Of a stretch of 64,000 nucleotides of DNA, positions 1 through 10,489 are shown in pieces (the stretch's first letter is position 1; the number at the start of each line of letters is the position of its first letter). The stretch covers positions 8,208 through 72,207 of the forward strand of contig URQZ01000005.1 of NCBI GenBank assembly GCA_900550255.1, written 5' to 3'. A program made the translations under genes and the position numbers. Under the pieces are notes generated by a model. That model was not told the origin of the DNA. It searched no databases and was given only the letters and a program-made list of their open reading frames with translations. This DNA is from an uncultured Mycoplasmatota bacterium (lineage in GTDB: Bacteria; Bacillota_I; Bacilli_A; RF39; UBA660).

Positions 1-944
1 GGGGACCTAGTTATTATTTAAAAAATGGTTTGGGAAAGAAAAAATTAGGAGGAATTTATGCTATTTTAATTATAATAAGTTATATAGGTGGTTTTTTAAG
101 TATACAAACAAATACAATAACTAAATCATTAAATCAAATAATTAATATAAATCCATATTTTATAGGAATAATCATAGTTATAATAACTTCTTTTATTATA
201 TTTGGAGGCCTTACAAAAATTAGTGATGCTACAAGTAAGATAGTTCCTGTTATGGGAGTATTTTATTTACTTATAACAATATATATAATTATTAATAATA
301 TAAGTTCCATCCCCAATATATTTTTATCTATTGTATCTGAGGCTTTTAATTTTAAATCTTTTTACTCAGGTTTTTTAACTTCTTTTGTCGTAGGAATTCA
401 AAGAGGAATTTTTTCGAATGAAGCGGGATTAGGAACAGGGAGTATAGCTTCTTCAATTAGTGATATAAATCCTGTTAAACAAGGATATATTCAAATTTTA
501 GGTGTATATATAACTAGTTTAATAATTTGTACTTCTACAGCTTTCATTATTTTGACATCAAATTATTTACAACCTGTATTTAATGATTTAAATGGAATTG
601 AAATAACAGGTTATGCTTTTTCTTATCATTTAGGCAAACTTGGGGACATTTTTATTTTTATTTCCATTCTATTATTTTCTTTTTCCACAATTCTAACAGG
701 TTATTATTATGGTGAATCATCATTAAAATACTTTTTTTCCACCATAAAAAGCAAATATTTATATAGTTTAAAAGTATTTACACTAATAATTTTGTTTTTA
801 GGATGTATACTTTCTTCAAATTTGTTGTGGAAAATTGTTGATATCTTAGTTGCATTACTTGCCATAATTAATATTTATGCCATGTTTAATTTAAGAAATA
901 CTGTTTTTAATGAAACAAATTATTCCAAATATGATAAAATGTAA
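1..944 (+). CDS. Sodium:alanine (AGCS family) symporter, 3' part; the reading frame is open from base 3, so the gene starts upstream of the window
   Basis: Polytopic membrane protein with the AGCS-like motif GIQRGIFSNEAGLGTGSIASS. The frame continues upstream of the TTG at 30 as GPSYYLKNGLG. Confidence 0.75.
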   Translation, partial: GPSYYLKNGLGKKKLGGIYAILIIISYIGGFLSIQTNTITKSLNQIININPYFIGIIIVIITSFIIFGGLTKISDATSKIVPVMGVFYLLITIYIIINNISSIPNIFLSIVSEAFNFKSFYSGFLTSFVVGIQRGIFSNEAGLGTGSIASSISDINPVKQGYIQILGVYITSLIICTSTAFIILTSNYLQPVFNDLNGIEITGYAFSYHLGKLGDIFIFISILLFSFSTILTGYYYGESSLKYFFSTIKSKYLYSLKVFTLIILFLGCILSSNLLWKIVDILVALLAIINIYAMFNLRNTVFNETNYSKYDKM

Positions 945-957
945 ATGGTGATTTGTT

Positions 958-1608
958 GTGGTTAATAAAAAATGGGATATTATGTTAGAACAAGAATTTA
1001 AAAAGGATTATTTTATAAAATTAGGTGTCTTTGTTAAAAATGAGTATAAACATAAAATAATTTATCCACAGTATAAAGATATATTTAATGCATTTAGATA
1101 TACTGATTATGATGAAGTTAAAGTAGTCATATTGGGACAAGATCCTTATCATGGTGATAAAGAGGCACATGGTCTTTCTTTTTCTGTTCAAGAAGGTGTT
1201 GCAATGCCTCCATCATTGCGAAATATTTTTAAGGAATTATATGATGATGTTGGTGTTAGAAGGACAACTACGGATCTTAGTGATTGGGCAAAACAAGGAG
1301 TACTACTTTTAAATTCAATTATGACAGTTGTAAAAGATCAACCATTATCCCATAAAAATCATGGATGGGAAATTTTTACAGATAATGTCATTAGAATGTT
1401 AGGAAAAAGAAAAGAAAAAATGGTATTTATTTTATGGGGAAGTTATGCTAGAAGTAAAAAAGAATTAATTGAAAATAAAGAACATATGATTATAGAAAGT
1501 GTTCATCCTTCTCCTTTATCAGCAAATCGAGGTTTTTTTGGAAGTCGTCCCTTTTCTAGAGCAAATGCTTTTTTGGAAAAAAATGGTATTAAAAAAATAA
1601 ATTGGTAA
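958..1608 (+). CDS. ung: Uracil-DNA glycosylase
   Basis: Family-1 UDG motifs GQDPYHG, HGLSFS and HPSPLSA. GTG start with a GGTGA Shine-Dalgarno (SD) sequence 6 nt upstream. Confidence 0.9.
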   Translation: MVNKKWDIMLEQEFKKDYFIKLGVFVKNEYKHKIIYPQYKDIFNAFRYTDYDEVKVVILGQDPYHGDKEAHGLSFSVQEGVAMPPSLRNIFKELYDDVGVRRTTTDLSDWAKQGVLLLNSIMTVVKDQPLSHKNHGWEIFTDNVIRMLGKRKEKMVFILWGSYARSKKELIENKEHMIIESVHPSPLSANRGFFGSRPFSRANAFLEKNGIKKINW

Positions 1609-1617
1609 TTTAATTTC

Positions 1618-1646
1618 TTGATATAAAATTAAATTTGATATACAAT
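1618..1646 (+). promoter_or_regulatory. Candidate sigma-A promoter for tilS-ftsH
   Basis: TTGATA (1618-1623), 17-nt spacer, TACAAT (1641-1646), about 20 nt before the tilS SD. Confidence 0.35.
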
Positions 1647-1664
1647 GAAGTATGAGGTGTAAAA

Positions 1665-2990
1665 ATGGATAAAGCGTATGATTTTTTGATGAATGAAGTA
1701 GGTATTAAATATGGAGACTCAATTGTCGTAGGTGTTAGTGGAGGACCAGATTCAATGGCACTTCTTCATTTAATGTCAAGTATAAAAAAAGTGATTGATA
1801 TTGAAGTAGTATGTGCACATGTCAATCATAATGTTAGAAAAGAAAGTTCGAGTGAGAAAGTTTTCGTTGAAAAATTTTGCTTAAATCACGGAATTGTTTT
1901 TGAAAGTATGAAAATTGAAGATTACGGAGATGATAATTTTCATAATGAAGCAAGAAGTAAAAGATATAATTATTTTGGAAATATCGTAAAAAAATACGGG
2001 GCAAAATACTTATTAACGGCTCATCATGGTGATGATTTGATAGAAACAATTTTAATGCGTATTGTAAGAGGTTCAACCTTAAGAGGATATAGTGGATTTT
2101 CAAAAATCGTAAAATTTGAAGATTATACTATTTTAAGACCACTAATAAATGTTACTAAGGATGAAATTTTTGAATACAATAAAAACAATAATATAGCATT
2201 TGTACAAGATGCTTCAAATCAAAAAGATGTATATACAAGAAATCGTTTCAGAAAGTATATTGTTCCTGAATTTAAAAAAGAAGATCCAAATGTTCATAAT
2301 AAATTTTATAAATTTAGTACAACATTGCTTGAGTACAATGATTATATTGATAAACAAGTCGAAAAGAAAATAGCAAATATTTATGTTCAAAACACTTTAA
2401 AAATAGATGAGTTTTTAAAGGAAGAAAAAGTTATTCAAATGAAAATTATTTATTATATTTTAGAACATATATATCAAGATGATTTAATGTTGATAACTGA
2501 TAATCATGCAGAACTATTACATCAACTTATTACATCAAAAAGAGCTAATGCATATATATATTTGCCAAATAATTTGAAGGCTATAAAATCCTATGGAACA
2601 TTAACTTTTGTTAATGAAGAAATGACAAAAGATGAGTATGAAATAGAAATTATAAATTATTTAAATTTACCAAACGGTAAAAACATAGAAGTAGTTTCTT
2701 CATCAAGTGATACTAGTAATAATACTTGTCGTTTAAGTAGCAAAGATGTAAAAATGCCACTTCGTGTAAGAACACGTGTTGATGGTGATAAAATAAGTGT
2801 TAAAGGAATGATTGGAAGTAAGAAGGTAAGTGATATTTTTATTGATTGTAAAATTCCAATGCATGATAGAAATATATGGCCAGTCGTTGTAGATTCTAAT
2901 AATACGGTTGTTTGGCTTCCTGGATTAAAGAAATCAAAATTTGACAAATCAAAAGAAGAAAAGTATGATATAATACTTAAGTACTATTAA
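1665..2990 (+). CDS. tilS: tRNA(Ile)-lysidine synthetase
   Basis: N-terminal PP-loop SGGPDS, typical length, conserved position upstream of ftsH. Confidence 0.85.
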   Translation: MDKAYDFLMNEVGIKYGDSIVVGVSGGPDSMALLHLMSSIKKVIDIEVVCAHVNHNVRKESSSEKVFVEKFCLNHGIVFESMKIEDYGDDNFHNEARSKRYNYFGNIVKKYGAKYLLTAHHGDDLIETILMRIVRGSTLRGYSGFSKIVKFEDYTILRPLINVTKDEIFEYNKNNNIAFVQDASNQKDVYTRNRFRKYIVPEFKKEDPNVHNKFYKFSTTLLEYNDYIDKQVEKKIANIYVQNTLKIDEFLKEEKVIQMKIIYYILEHIYQDDLMLITDNHAELLHQLITSKRANAYIYLPNNLKAIKSYGTLTFVNEEMTKDEYEIEIINYLNLPNGKNIEVVSSSSDTSNNTCRLSSKDVKMPLRVRTRVDGDKISVKGMIGSKKVSDIFIDCKIPMHDRNIWPVVVDSNNTVVWLPGLKKSKFDKSKEEKYDIILKYY

Positions 2991-3005
2991 GAGAGGAGAA
3001 ATCTG

Positions 3006-4991
3006 ATGAATAAAAAAACAGTAAAAAAAGGTTTATTACCTTATTTATTTATAGGAATATTTATGTTAGGAGTATTATTTTTTCTTAACATTGCAAATCA
3101 AAAAGTTAATGTTTTAACTTTTGATAGTTTTATGAAACAAGTAAAAGAAAAAAATGTTGAAGAAATTGTTATTACTCCAAGAAGTAATGCTAGTGTTTAT
3201 GAAATTAGCGGTAAAATGAAAGATTATGACGAAGATGAAACTTTCTTTTTAAAGGCTCCACTAGCAGAAAGTGTAATGAATAAAATAATAGCATCAGAAG
3301 AAAAATATGGATTTAAAATTGAAACAGTGTCTGATCCAGCTTCTAGTACTATATTATTATTCATAATTAATGTTCTTCCAATGGTTGTTTTAGTTGGAGT
3401 TGCATTCTTCTTTATTTCAAGACAAATGGGAAGTGCAAATAAATCTATGGATTTTGGAAGAAGTAGAGCAAGATTAAACGAAGATAGTAAAAAATTAACT
3501 TTTGATAATGTTGCAGGATTAGATGAAGAAAAAGAAGAAGTAAGTGAACTAATCGATTTTCTTAAAAATCCTAAAAAATTCCAAAAACTTGGAGCTCGTA
3601 TACCAAAAGGAGTATTATTAGTTGGTCCTCCAGGTACAGGAAAAACTTTATTAGCACGTGCTGTTGCAGGTGAAGCAAATGTTCCATTCTATTATATAAG
3701 TGGTTCGGAATTTGTTGAACTATTTGTCGGTGTTGGAGCAAGTCGTGTTAGAGATATGTTTAAACAAGCAAAACATAATGCACCTTGTTTAATCTTTATT
3801 GATGAAATTGATGCCGTAGGTCGTCAAAGAGGAGCAGGTTTAGGTGGAGGACACGATGAACGTGAACAAACACTTAATCAATTATTAACAGAGATGGATG
3901 GTTTTGGAGCAAATGAAGGAATCATTATTATAGCTGCAACAAATAGACCAGATGTACTAGATCCAGCTTTACTTAGACCAGGACGTTTTGATAGACAAGT
4001 AACTGTTAATTTACCAGATATAAAAGGTCGTGAAGAAATATTACAAGTTCATGCTAGAAATAAAACATTTGCTAAAAATGTTAAACTTTCAAATATTGCT
4101 AGAAGAACTGTTGGTTTTTCAGGAGCAGATTTGGAAAACTTATTAAATGAAGCAGCACTACTTGCTGTTCGTCGCGATAAAAAAGCTATAACAATGGAAG
4201 AAATAGATGAAGCTCATGATAGAGTATTAATGGGACCTGCAAAGAAAAGTCATAAGTATACAGAACATGAGAAAAAAGTTGTTGCATATCATGAAGCAGG
4301 TCATGCTGTAATGGGAATTAAGCTTGATGGTGCAAATGAAGTTCAAAAAATTACAATTGTTCCAAGAGGAGCAGCTGGTGGATATAACTTAATGTTACCA
4401 AAAGAAGAAACTTATTTATCTACGAAAAAAGAATTGTTAGAAACAATTAGTGGATTACTTGGTGGACGTGTAGCAGAAGAATTTATTTTTAATGAAATAA
4501 CAACAGGAGCACATAATGATTTTGAAAAAGCAACTAAAATAGCTCGTGCTATGGTAACTGAATACGGTATGAGTGATTTAGGACCAGTTCAATTTGAACA
4601 TCAAGATTCAAGTGTTTTCTTAGGAAGAGATTATAATAAAAGTCGTAATTTTTCTAGCCAAGTTGCTTATGAAATAGATGAGGAACAACGTAAAATAATT
4701 GGTGAATGTTATGAACTTACTAAAAAGGTTATTTCTCAAAATAAAGAATTATTGGATTTAATAGCAAATAGTTTACTAGAAAAAGAAACTTTAACTAGAG
4801 AAGAAATAGAATATCTAGTTGAACATAAATGTCTACCAGATGAAGATGATGAGATAGATATGAGTGATTTTAAAGAAGTAAGTTATCATGATATGAATTT
4901 AAATGAATTAAGAGAACTTGCTAAGGAAAAAGGAATAAAAGGATATTCTAAAATGACAAAAGAAGAACTAATTGACCAACTGGAAGATTAA
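3006..4991 (+). CDS. ftsH: ATP-dependent zinc metalloprotease FtsH with a C-terminal Rho_N/SAP-like tail
   Basis: Two N-terminal TM segments, Walker A GPPGTGKT, Walker [10 protein letters not shown]-like (LIFIDEIDA), SRH, zinc site HEAGHA. Confidence 0.95.
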   Translation: MNKKTVKKGLLPYLFIGIFMLGVLFFLNIANQKVNVLTFDSFMKQVKEKNVEEIVITPRSNASVYEISGKMKDYDEDETFFLKAPLAESVMNKIIASEEKYGFKIETVSDPASSTILLFIINVLPMVVLVGVAFFFISRQMGSANKSMDFGRSRARLNEDSKKLTFDNVAGLDEEKEEVSELIDFLKNPKKFQKLGARIPKGVLLVGPPGTGKTLLARAVAGEANVPFYYISGSEFVELFVGVGASRVRDMFKQAKHNAPCLIFIDEIDAVGRQRGAGLGGGHDEREQTLNQLLTEMDGFGANEGIIIIAATNRPDVLDPALLRPGRFDRQVTVNLPDIKGREEILQVHARNKTFAKNVKLSNIARRTVGFSGADLENLLNEAALLAVRRDKKAITMEEIDEAHDRVLMGPAKKSHKYTEHEKKVVAYHEAGHAVMGIKLDGANEVQKITIVPRGAAGGYNLMLPKEETYLSTKKELLETISGLLGGRVAEEFIFNEITTGAHNDFEKATKIARAMVTEYGMSDLGPVQFEHQDSSVFLGRDYNKSRNFSSQVAYEIDEEQRKIIGECYELTKKVISQNKELLDLIANSLLEKETLTREEIEYLVEHKCLPDEDDEIDMSDFKEVSYHDMNLNELRELAKEKGIKGYSKMTKEELIDQLED

Positions 4992-5096
4992 GTTCTTTTT
5001 TTTGAAAATTATTTAAATTTTATTAATTAATAGATTTTGTATTTATTTTATGATAAAATGTAATGTAGTAGATTGTGTAGAAATTTGGTGATTGTA

Positions 5097-5882
5097 ATGG
5101 GTAAAATTATTGCTTTAGTAAATCAAAAAGGAGGAGTTGGAAAAACAACCTCAAGTATAAATTTAGCGGCATCCCTAGGAGTTTATAAAAAAAAGACACT
5201 TTTGGTAGATTTAGATCCGCAAGGAAATTCAACAACAGGGGTAGGAATAAGTAAAACAGATTATGAAAAAAGTGTTTATGAACTACTAAAAGATGATGCA
5301 GAGTTAGAAGAAGTAATAATAAAAACAAAATTTAATAATTTATATGTCATTCCAGCTACAATAAATTTAGCTGGTTTAGACTTTGAACTAATGGAAAAAA
5401 GTAAATTGGATCCAACCTTTGTAAGAGGAAATCAATTGAAAAAACATTTAACAAAAGCAAAAGAAGTTTTTGACTATATTATCATTGATTGTCCACCTTC
5501 ACTTGGTATATTGACAACAAATGCATTAACAGCAGCTGACTCTGTAATAATTCCAGTTCAATGTGAATTCTTTGCACTAGAAGGAATAATGCAGTTATTA
5601 AATACAATAATGTTAGCACAAAAAAACTTGAATCCAAATTTAAATATAGAAGGTGTTTTATTAACAATGCTTGATAGTAGAACAAACTTAGGATTAGAAG
5701 TAGTAGAAGACATTAAAAGTTATTTCAAAGAAAGAGTATATGATACAATAATTCCGCGTTTAGTAAGATTATCAGAGGCTCCAAGTCATGGAAAACCAAT
5801 AGTTGCTTATGATCCACAAAGTAGAGGAACAGAGGCATATTTAAACTTAGCTAAGGAAGTGATTGAACGAAATGGAAAATAA
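5097..5882 (+). CDS. parA: Chromosome partitioning ATPase ParA/Soj
   Basis: Deviant Walker A NQKGGVGKTT. The ATG at 5097 fits homolog N-termini better than the track start at 5073. Confidence 0.9.
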   Translation: MGKIIALVNQKGGVGKTTSSINLAASLGVYKKKTLLVDLDPQGNSTTGVGISKTDYEKSVYELLKDDAELEEVIIKTKFNNLYVIPATINLAGLDFELMEKSKLDPTFVRGNQLKKHLTKAKEVFDYIIIDCPPSLGILTTNALTAADSVIIPVQCEFFALEGIMQLLNTIMLAQKNLNPNLNIEGVLLTMLDSRTNLGLEVVEDIKSYFKERVYDTIIPRLVRLSEAPSHGKPIVAYDPQSRGTEAYLNLAKEVIERNGK

Positions 5883-6750
5883 AAAAAGAGCTTTAGGTAG
5901 AGGTTTAGAACAATTATTTAACAATGAAAATTTAGATGTAGCTAAATTAGAACAAACAATTTATGAAACAGCTACAAATGAAGAAATAATAGATATAGAA
6001 TTATCCGAATTACGTCCAAACCCGTATCAACCAAGAAAAGTTTTTGATGATGAAGCCTTAAAAGAATTATCAGCTTCAATAAAAGAACATGGTGTTTTTC
6101 AACCAATCATAATTAAAAAAAGTATTAAAGGATATGAAATAATAGCAGGTGAAAGACGTGTTAGAGCTTCAAAACTTGCTGGACTTGATAAAATACCAGC
6201 CATAATTAGAGATTTTACAGATGAGCAAATGATGGAAATAGCATTGCTTGAAAATCTTCAAAGAGAAAACTTAACAGCAATTGAAGAAGCATATGCATAT
6301 AAAGCAATGATCGAAAAACTTTCATTAACACAAGATGAACTTTCAAAAAAAGTAGGTAAAAGTAGAAGTCATCTTACAAATATCTTAGGACTACTTCGTT
6401 TACCAAAGGAAGTACAACAAATGATAGCTGAATCTAAACTTTCTATGGGACACGCAAGAGCATTAAGTAAATTAGAAGATGAAGAAAAAATCAAAGAATT
6501 AGCAAATAAAATAGTAAATGAAAAAATATCGGTTCGAAATGCCGAAGAATTAACAAATCAAGAAACACATACGCATGAAATTAAAAAAACACCGCGTGAA
6601 AAAAGTAATAATGAATATAAATATGTTGAGGATTTACTTCGTGAAAAATTAGATGCAAAAGTTAAAATAAAAGATAAAAAAATAGTAATTAACTTTACAA
6701 GTACAGCTGATTTAAATAGAATTTTAGAAATAATTGACATAAAAGAATAG
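5872..6750 (+). CDS. parB: Chromosome partitioning protein ParB/Spo0J
   Basis: ParB box GERRVRA, HTH region, N-terminal LGRGL motif. The ATG at 5872 has better SD spacing than the TTG at 5863. Confidence 0.9.
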   Translation: MENKKRALGRGLEQLFNNENLDVAKLEQTIYETATNEEIIDIELSELRPNPYQPRKVFDDEALKELSASIKEHGVFQPIIIKKSIKGYEIIAGERRVRASKLAGLDKIPAIIRDFTDEQMMEIALLENLQRENLTAIEEAYAYKAMIEKLSLTQDELSKKVGKSRSHLTNILGLLRLPKEVQQMIAESKLSMGHARALSKLEDEEKIKELANKIVNEKISVRNAEELTNQETHTHEIKKTPREKSNNEYKYVEDLLREKLDAKVKIKDKKIVINFTSTADLNRILEIIDIKE

Positions 6751-6758
6751 GTGATAAA

Positions 6759-7550
6759 ATGTTAGAAAAGATATTAGTTAAAGAGGTTATGGGTCCTATT
6801 GTTGTAATCCTTTCATGCCTTTTAATCTATCATTTGATAAAAAAAATAATCAGTAAAATGATGAAAGTAAAACTTTCTAGAATTGATCAAAGACGCCAAA
6901 AGACTATAAATGTTTTAATTCTAAATATAATAAAATACTTTTTAATAGTAGTAGCAATTATAATAATACTATCAATGCTTGGTGTAAATATGAATGCTGT
7001 AGTTGCATCTTTAGGAGTTGTTGGAGTGGTTGTCGGTTTAGCCTTCCAAGACATTTTAAAAGATTTTTTGTCAGGAATATCAATTATAGTGGAAGATCAA
7101 TATAAGATAGGTGATACTGTAACTATAAATGATTTTAAAGGTGAAGTTTTAGCAATTGGATTTAGGACGACTAGATTAAAAGCATATACAGGTGAAGTAA
7201 TGATTATTTCAAATAGAAATATTCAAAAAGTAATTAACCACAGTTTTAAAAGTTCAAAAGCAATTGTTGATGTTATGGTTTCATATGAAGAGGATTTATT
7301 AAAAGTAGAAAAAGTACTTTCAGAAGTATGCGATAAATTATCAAATGAAATAAAAGGATTAAAAAGTAAAATAGAAATTTTAGGAATTAATGAATTAGGT
7401 GATTCTGGAATAACTTATCGAATCGTTGTTGATACCAAACCAATGAAACATTTAGAAATCAAAAGATTACTTCTACGTGAAATAAAAATGACATTTGATA
7501 AAAACAAAATAAATATTCCATATAATCAATTGGTGATTCATAATGCATGA
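6759..7550 (+). CDS. Small-conductance mechanosensitive channel (MscS family)
   Basis: Three TM helices followed by an MscS beta-domain pattern (IGDTVTINDFKGEVLAIGFRTTRL). Confidence 0.8.
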   Translation: MLEKILVKEVMGPIVVILSCLLIYHLIKKIISKMMKVKLSRIDQRRQKTINVLILNIIKYFLIVVAIIIILSMLGVNMNAVVASLGVVGVVVGLAFQDILKDFLSGISIIVEDQYKIGDTVTINDFKGEVLAIGFRTTRLKAYTGEVMIISNRNIQKVINHSFKSSKAIVDVMVSYEEDLLKVEKVLSEVCDKLSNEIKGLKSKIEILGINELGDSGITYRIVVDTKPMKHLEIKRLLLREIKMTFDKNKINIPYNQLVIHNA

Positions 7551-7725
7551 TTATAAATTAGGTAGTGTTGTTATTATGAAAAAACAGCACCCATGTGGAA
7601 CAAATCTTTGGGAGATAATTCGCGTAGGAGCAGATATTAAAATAAAATGTTTAAATTGTGGAAGAACAATAATGCTACCAAGAGTTGAATTTAATAAAAA
7701 ATTAAAAAAGGTAGAAAATTATTAG
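7543..7725 (+). CDS. DUF951 family small protein
   Basis: 60 aa with the HPCG...CLNCGR pattern, in its conserved position in the parB/ychF neighbourhood of Bacillota. Confidence 0.6.
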   Translation: MHDYKLGSVVIMKKQHPCGTNLWEIIRVGADIKIKCLNCGRTIMLPRVEFNKKLKKVENY

Positions 7726-7733
7726 GAGGTATT

Positions 7734-9269
7734 ATGGGAAAATTAAAAAAGAAAACAAAAAAATTGTATGGCCCAGTACTTGTTATGTTGTTTTTAACCC
7801 TTCTTATTTGTGTTGCTAGTTTTGTTTTATCACTATTAGGAGTAGAAGGATATAAAACATCAATTAACAATGGAGTTTTAGAATCAAGCCTTATTACAGT
7901 AAATAACATATTTAGTTTTAAAGGATTAAAATATGTAGTAGGTCATGTAGTAAGCAATTTTCAAAAATTCGAACCATTAGTTTTATTAATCATTTCTCTT
8001 ATAGGAATGAGTATATGTGAAAAAAGTGGCTTTTTTAAGGCTTTATTCTCACCATTAAAGAAAGTTAAAATAGGTATAATAATATATTTCACATTATTTT
8101 TAGGAATTGTTTTTGGAGTAATAGGAGATTATAACTTTATTTTCTTGTTACCATTATCAGGGATAGTTTATAAATATATAGGTAAAAATTCAGTATTTGG
8201 AATTTTAGTTATGTTTTTAGGAATAACTTTAGGTCATGGAGCAGGATTAATTTTTAATTATAATGATTATTTGATGGGAAATCTAAGTCAAATGGCTGCA
8301 AATTTAGATGTTGATAAAACATATGAATTTAATTTATTATCAAATATCTATATTATGGTAGTTTCTACTTTTATAATAACTTTTATTGGAACATTAATAA
8401 TCGAAAGATTTTTGATGTATAAATTTACAATTAAAGAAAAAATAGAAGATCAAGAAGATGAAGAACTAATTATATCAAAAAAAGCAAAGAGATGGGCATT
8501 AATTGTTGGATTAATATTTTGCCTTTTAACAATATATACTTTATTACCTATAAAATTACCAGGCGCAGGGATCTTGCTTGCAAATGATTCAACACGCTAT
8601 ATGGAAAAACTATTTGGAACATCTGCACCATTCAAACAAGGAATTGTAGTATTTATAACATTATTATTTGTTTTATGTGGATGGGTATATGGAAAAATGT
8701 CAAAAAACATAAAAGATGGTCATGAATTTAGTGTTGGATTATCTAAAAACTTTGAATATTTAGGTTATATGTTTGTATTAATGTTCTTTTACTGTCAAAT
8801 GATATCTATTTTGGAATGGACTAATATTGGAGAGATAATATGTGCAAACTTGGTTGATTGGATAGGAAGTCTTAAATTTTCAGGAATTCCATTAATTATT
8901 ACTTTCTTTGTTATTGTAATAATTGTTAGCTTATTAATGCCAAATACATTAGAAAAATGGGAATTTATGTCACCAACAATAATACCACTTTTCATGAGAT
9001 CAAATATTACACCAGGATTTACGCAATTTATCTTTAAAGTGGCTGATGGAATAGGTAAATCAATTACTCCTATGTTCGCATATTTTATTGTTATGTTAGC
9101 CTTTTTAGAAAAATATAATAATGATAAAAAAGTTCAAATAAGTATTTTTGGAACAATTAAACAAATTCTTCCAACTGTATTATTGATGACAGGATTGTGG
9201 ATTTTAATAATAGTGCTTTGGTATATAATTGGAATACCAATAGGTGTTGGAGTTATTTCAACTTTGTAA
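7734..9269 (+). CDS. AbgT family transporter (p-aminobenzoyl-glutamate transporter family)
   Basis: 511-aa polytopic membrane protein. N-terminal region and overall layout resemble AbgT/MtrF family members. Confidence 0.65.
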   Translation: MGKLKKKTKKLYGPVLVMLFLTLLICVASFVLSLLGVEGYKTSINNGVLESSLITVNNIFSFKGLKYVVGHVVSNFQKFEPLVLLIISLIGMSICEKSGFFKALFSPLKKVKIGIIIYFTLFLGIVFGVIGDYNFIFLLPLSGIVYKYIGKNSVFGILVMFLGITLGHGAGLIFNYNDYLMGNLSQMAANLDVDKTYEFNLLSNIYIMVVSTFIITFIGTLIIERFLMYKFTIKEKIEDQEDEELIISKKAKRWALIVGLIFCLLTIYTLLPIKLPGAGILLANDSTRYMEKLFGTSAPFKQGIVVFITLLFVLCGWVYGKMSKNIKDGHEFSVGLSKNFEYLGYMFVLMFFYCQMISILEWTNIGEIICANLVDWIGSLKFSGIPLIITFFVIVIIVSLLMPNTLEKWEFMSPTIIPLFMRSNITPGFTQFIFKVADGIGKSITPMFAYFIVMLAFLEKYNNDKKVQISIFGTIKQILPTVLLMTGLWILIIVLWYIIGIPIGVGVISTL

Positions 9270-9296
9270 AGAAATCGTTAAGATTTCTTTTTCTTT
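9270..9296 (+). terminator. Rho-independent terminator after the AbgT gene
   Basis: Stem agaaatc/gatttct with a 5-nt loop, followed by a T-rich tract. Confidence 0.45.
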
Positions 9297-9348
9297 AAAA
9301 ATAAATTAAAAAGTGTTATAATGATACTAATTGAAAGGAGAATGAAGA

Positions 9349-10449
9349 TTGAGTTTAACAGCAGGAATTGTAGGATTACCAAATGTCGGAAAATCGACTT
9401 TGTTTAATGCTATAACAAAACAAAAAATATTGGCAGCTAATTATCCTTTTGCAACTATAGATCCAAATGTTGGAGTGGTAGTAGTTCCGGATGAACGCCT
9501 AGTTTTTTTAAACGACTTATATAAACCAAAAAGTTTAGTACCTACAACAATTGAATATACCGATATAGCAGGACTTGTAAAAGGAGCATCAGTAGGAGAA
9601 GGACTAGGAAATAAATTTTTATCTCATATCAGAGAAGTAGATGCTATTATCGAGGTAGTTAGATGTTTTGATAATGGTGATATAATTCATGTTGAAGGAA
9701 AAGTTGATCCTATTAGAGATATTGAAATTATAAACTTAGAATTAATGTTAGCAGATTTAGAAGTAATAAATAACCGTATTGGAAAAATTGGTAAAAAAGC
9801 AAGCATGTCTAAAGATAAAGAAGTAATAAGAGAAGTTAATGTTCTAAATAAATTAAAGGAAAGCTTGGAAAAAAATATTCCTGTAAGACAATTAGAATTT
9901 AATGATGATGAACTAAAACTTGTAAAAAGTTTTAACTTATTAACTATAAAACCTATTATTTATATGACAAACGTAAGTGAAGAAGATTTGATTAGCGATG
10001 ATAATGAATATGTAAAAATGGTAAGGGAATATGCTGCAAAAGAAAAATCAGAAGTTGTAGTCGTAAGTGCAAAAATAGAATCGGAATTAGTAGATTTAAC
10101 TGATGAAGAAAGAACAGAATTTTTAAATGACTTAGGAATAAAAGAAAATGGTTTAGATAAATTAATTAAAGCTACTTATAAATTATTAGGTCTAGAAACC
10201 TATTTTACAGCAGGAACTGACGAAGTAAGAGCTTGGACCTTCAAAAAAGGAATGAAAGCACCAGCTTGTGCGGGAATAATTCATACTGATTTTGAAAAAG
10301 GATTTATTAGAGCAGAAGTTATGAGTTATGAAGATTTAAAAGAATATAAATCAGAATTAAAAGTAAAAGAAGCTGGTAAAATGCGTCTAGAAGGTAAAGA
10401 ATATGAAATGCAAGATGGAGACATTTGTTATTTCAGATTTAATGTATAA
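9349..10449 (+). CDS. ychF: Redox-regulated ATPase YchF (Obg-like)
   Basis: G1 motif GLPNVGKST, TGS-like C-terminus ending DGDICYFRFNV. TTG start 8 nt after AAGGAG. Confidence 0.9.
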   Translation: MSLTAGIVGLPNVGKSTLFNAITKQKILAANYPFATIDPNVGVVVVPDERLVFLNDLYKPKSLVPTTIEYTDIAGLVKGASVGEGLGNKFLSHIREVDAIIEVVRCFDNGDIIHVEGKVDPIRDIEIINLELMLADLEVINNRIGKIGKKASMSKDKEVIREVNVLNKLKESLEKNIPVRQLEFNDDELKLVKSFNLLTIKPIIYMTNVSEEDLISDDNEYVKMVREYAAKEKSEVVVVSAKIESELVDLTDEERTEFLNDLGIKENGLDKLIKATYKLLGLETYFTAGTDEVRAWTFKKGMKAPACAGIIHTDFEKGFIRAEVMSYEDLKEYKSELKVKEAGKMRLEGKEYEMQDGDICYFRFNV

Positions 10450-10489
10450 AAAATAGAAATTAAATTAATATATTATAAAGGAGGAAATT

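Noticed and set aside
1834-2103. Minus-strand 89-aa ORF inside tilS. The same applies to 2657-2947 and similar antisense ORFs at 5107-5328, 5482-5685, 6558-6740, 7691-7909, 8795-8995, 11712-11909, 12746-13012 and 13070-13279.
   Set aside because: Each is fully embedded antisense in a well-supported conserved gene. The translations are low-complexity L/F/I/Y-rich sequence typical of AT-rich antisense frames, and there is no SD.
5073-5096. Upstream-extended starts given by the ORF track for parA (5073), rplX (18931), rplE (19288), adk (23626), rpoA (26198), the ligase (37360), the LytTR regulator (41973), the first ATP-grasp gene (52562), the SBP (55423) and the ABC ATPase (56961).
   Set aside because: The extensions overlap the preceding gene or lack an SD. 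Internal starts with good SD sequences reproduce canonical N-termini.
5872-6750. Search for parS sites (TGTTNCACGTGAAACA) in and around parB and across the window.
   Set aside because: Every CACGTG occurrence I found (for example 18641, 21385 and 46265) lacks the palindromic flanks, so no convincing parS site is present. A formal pattern search allowing 2 mismatches should still be run.
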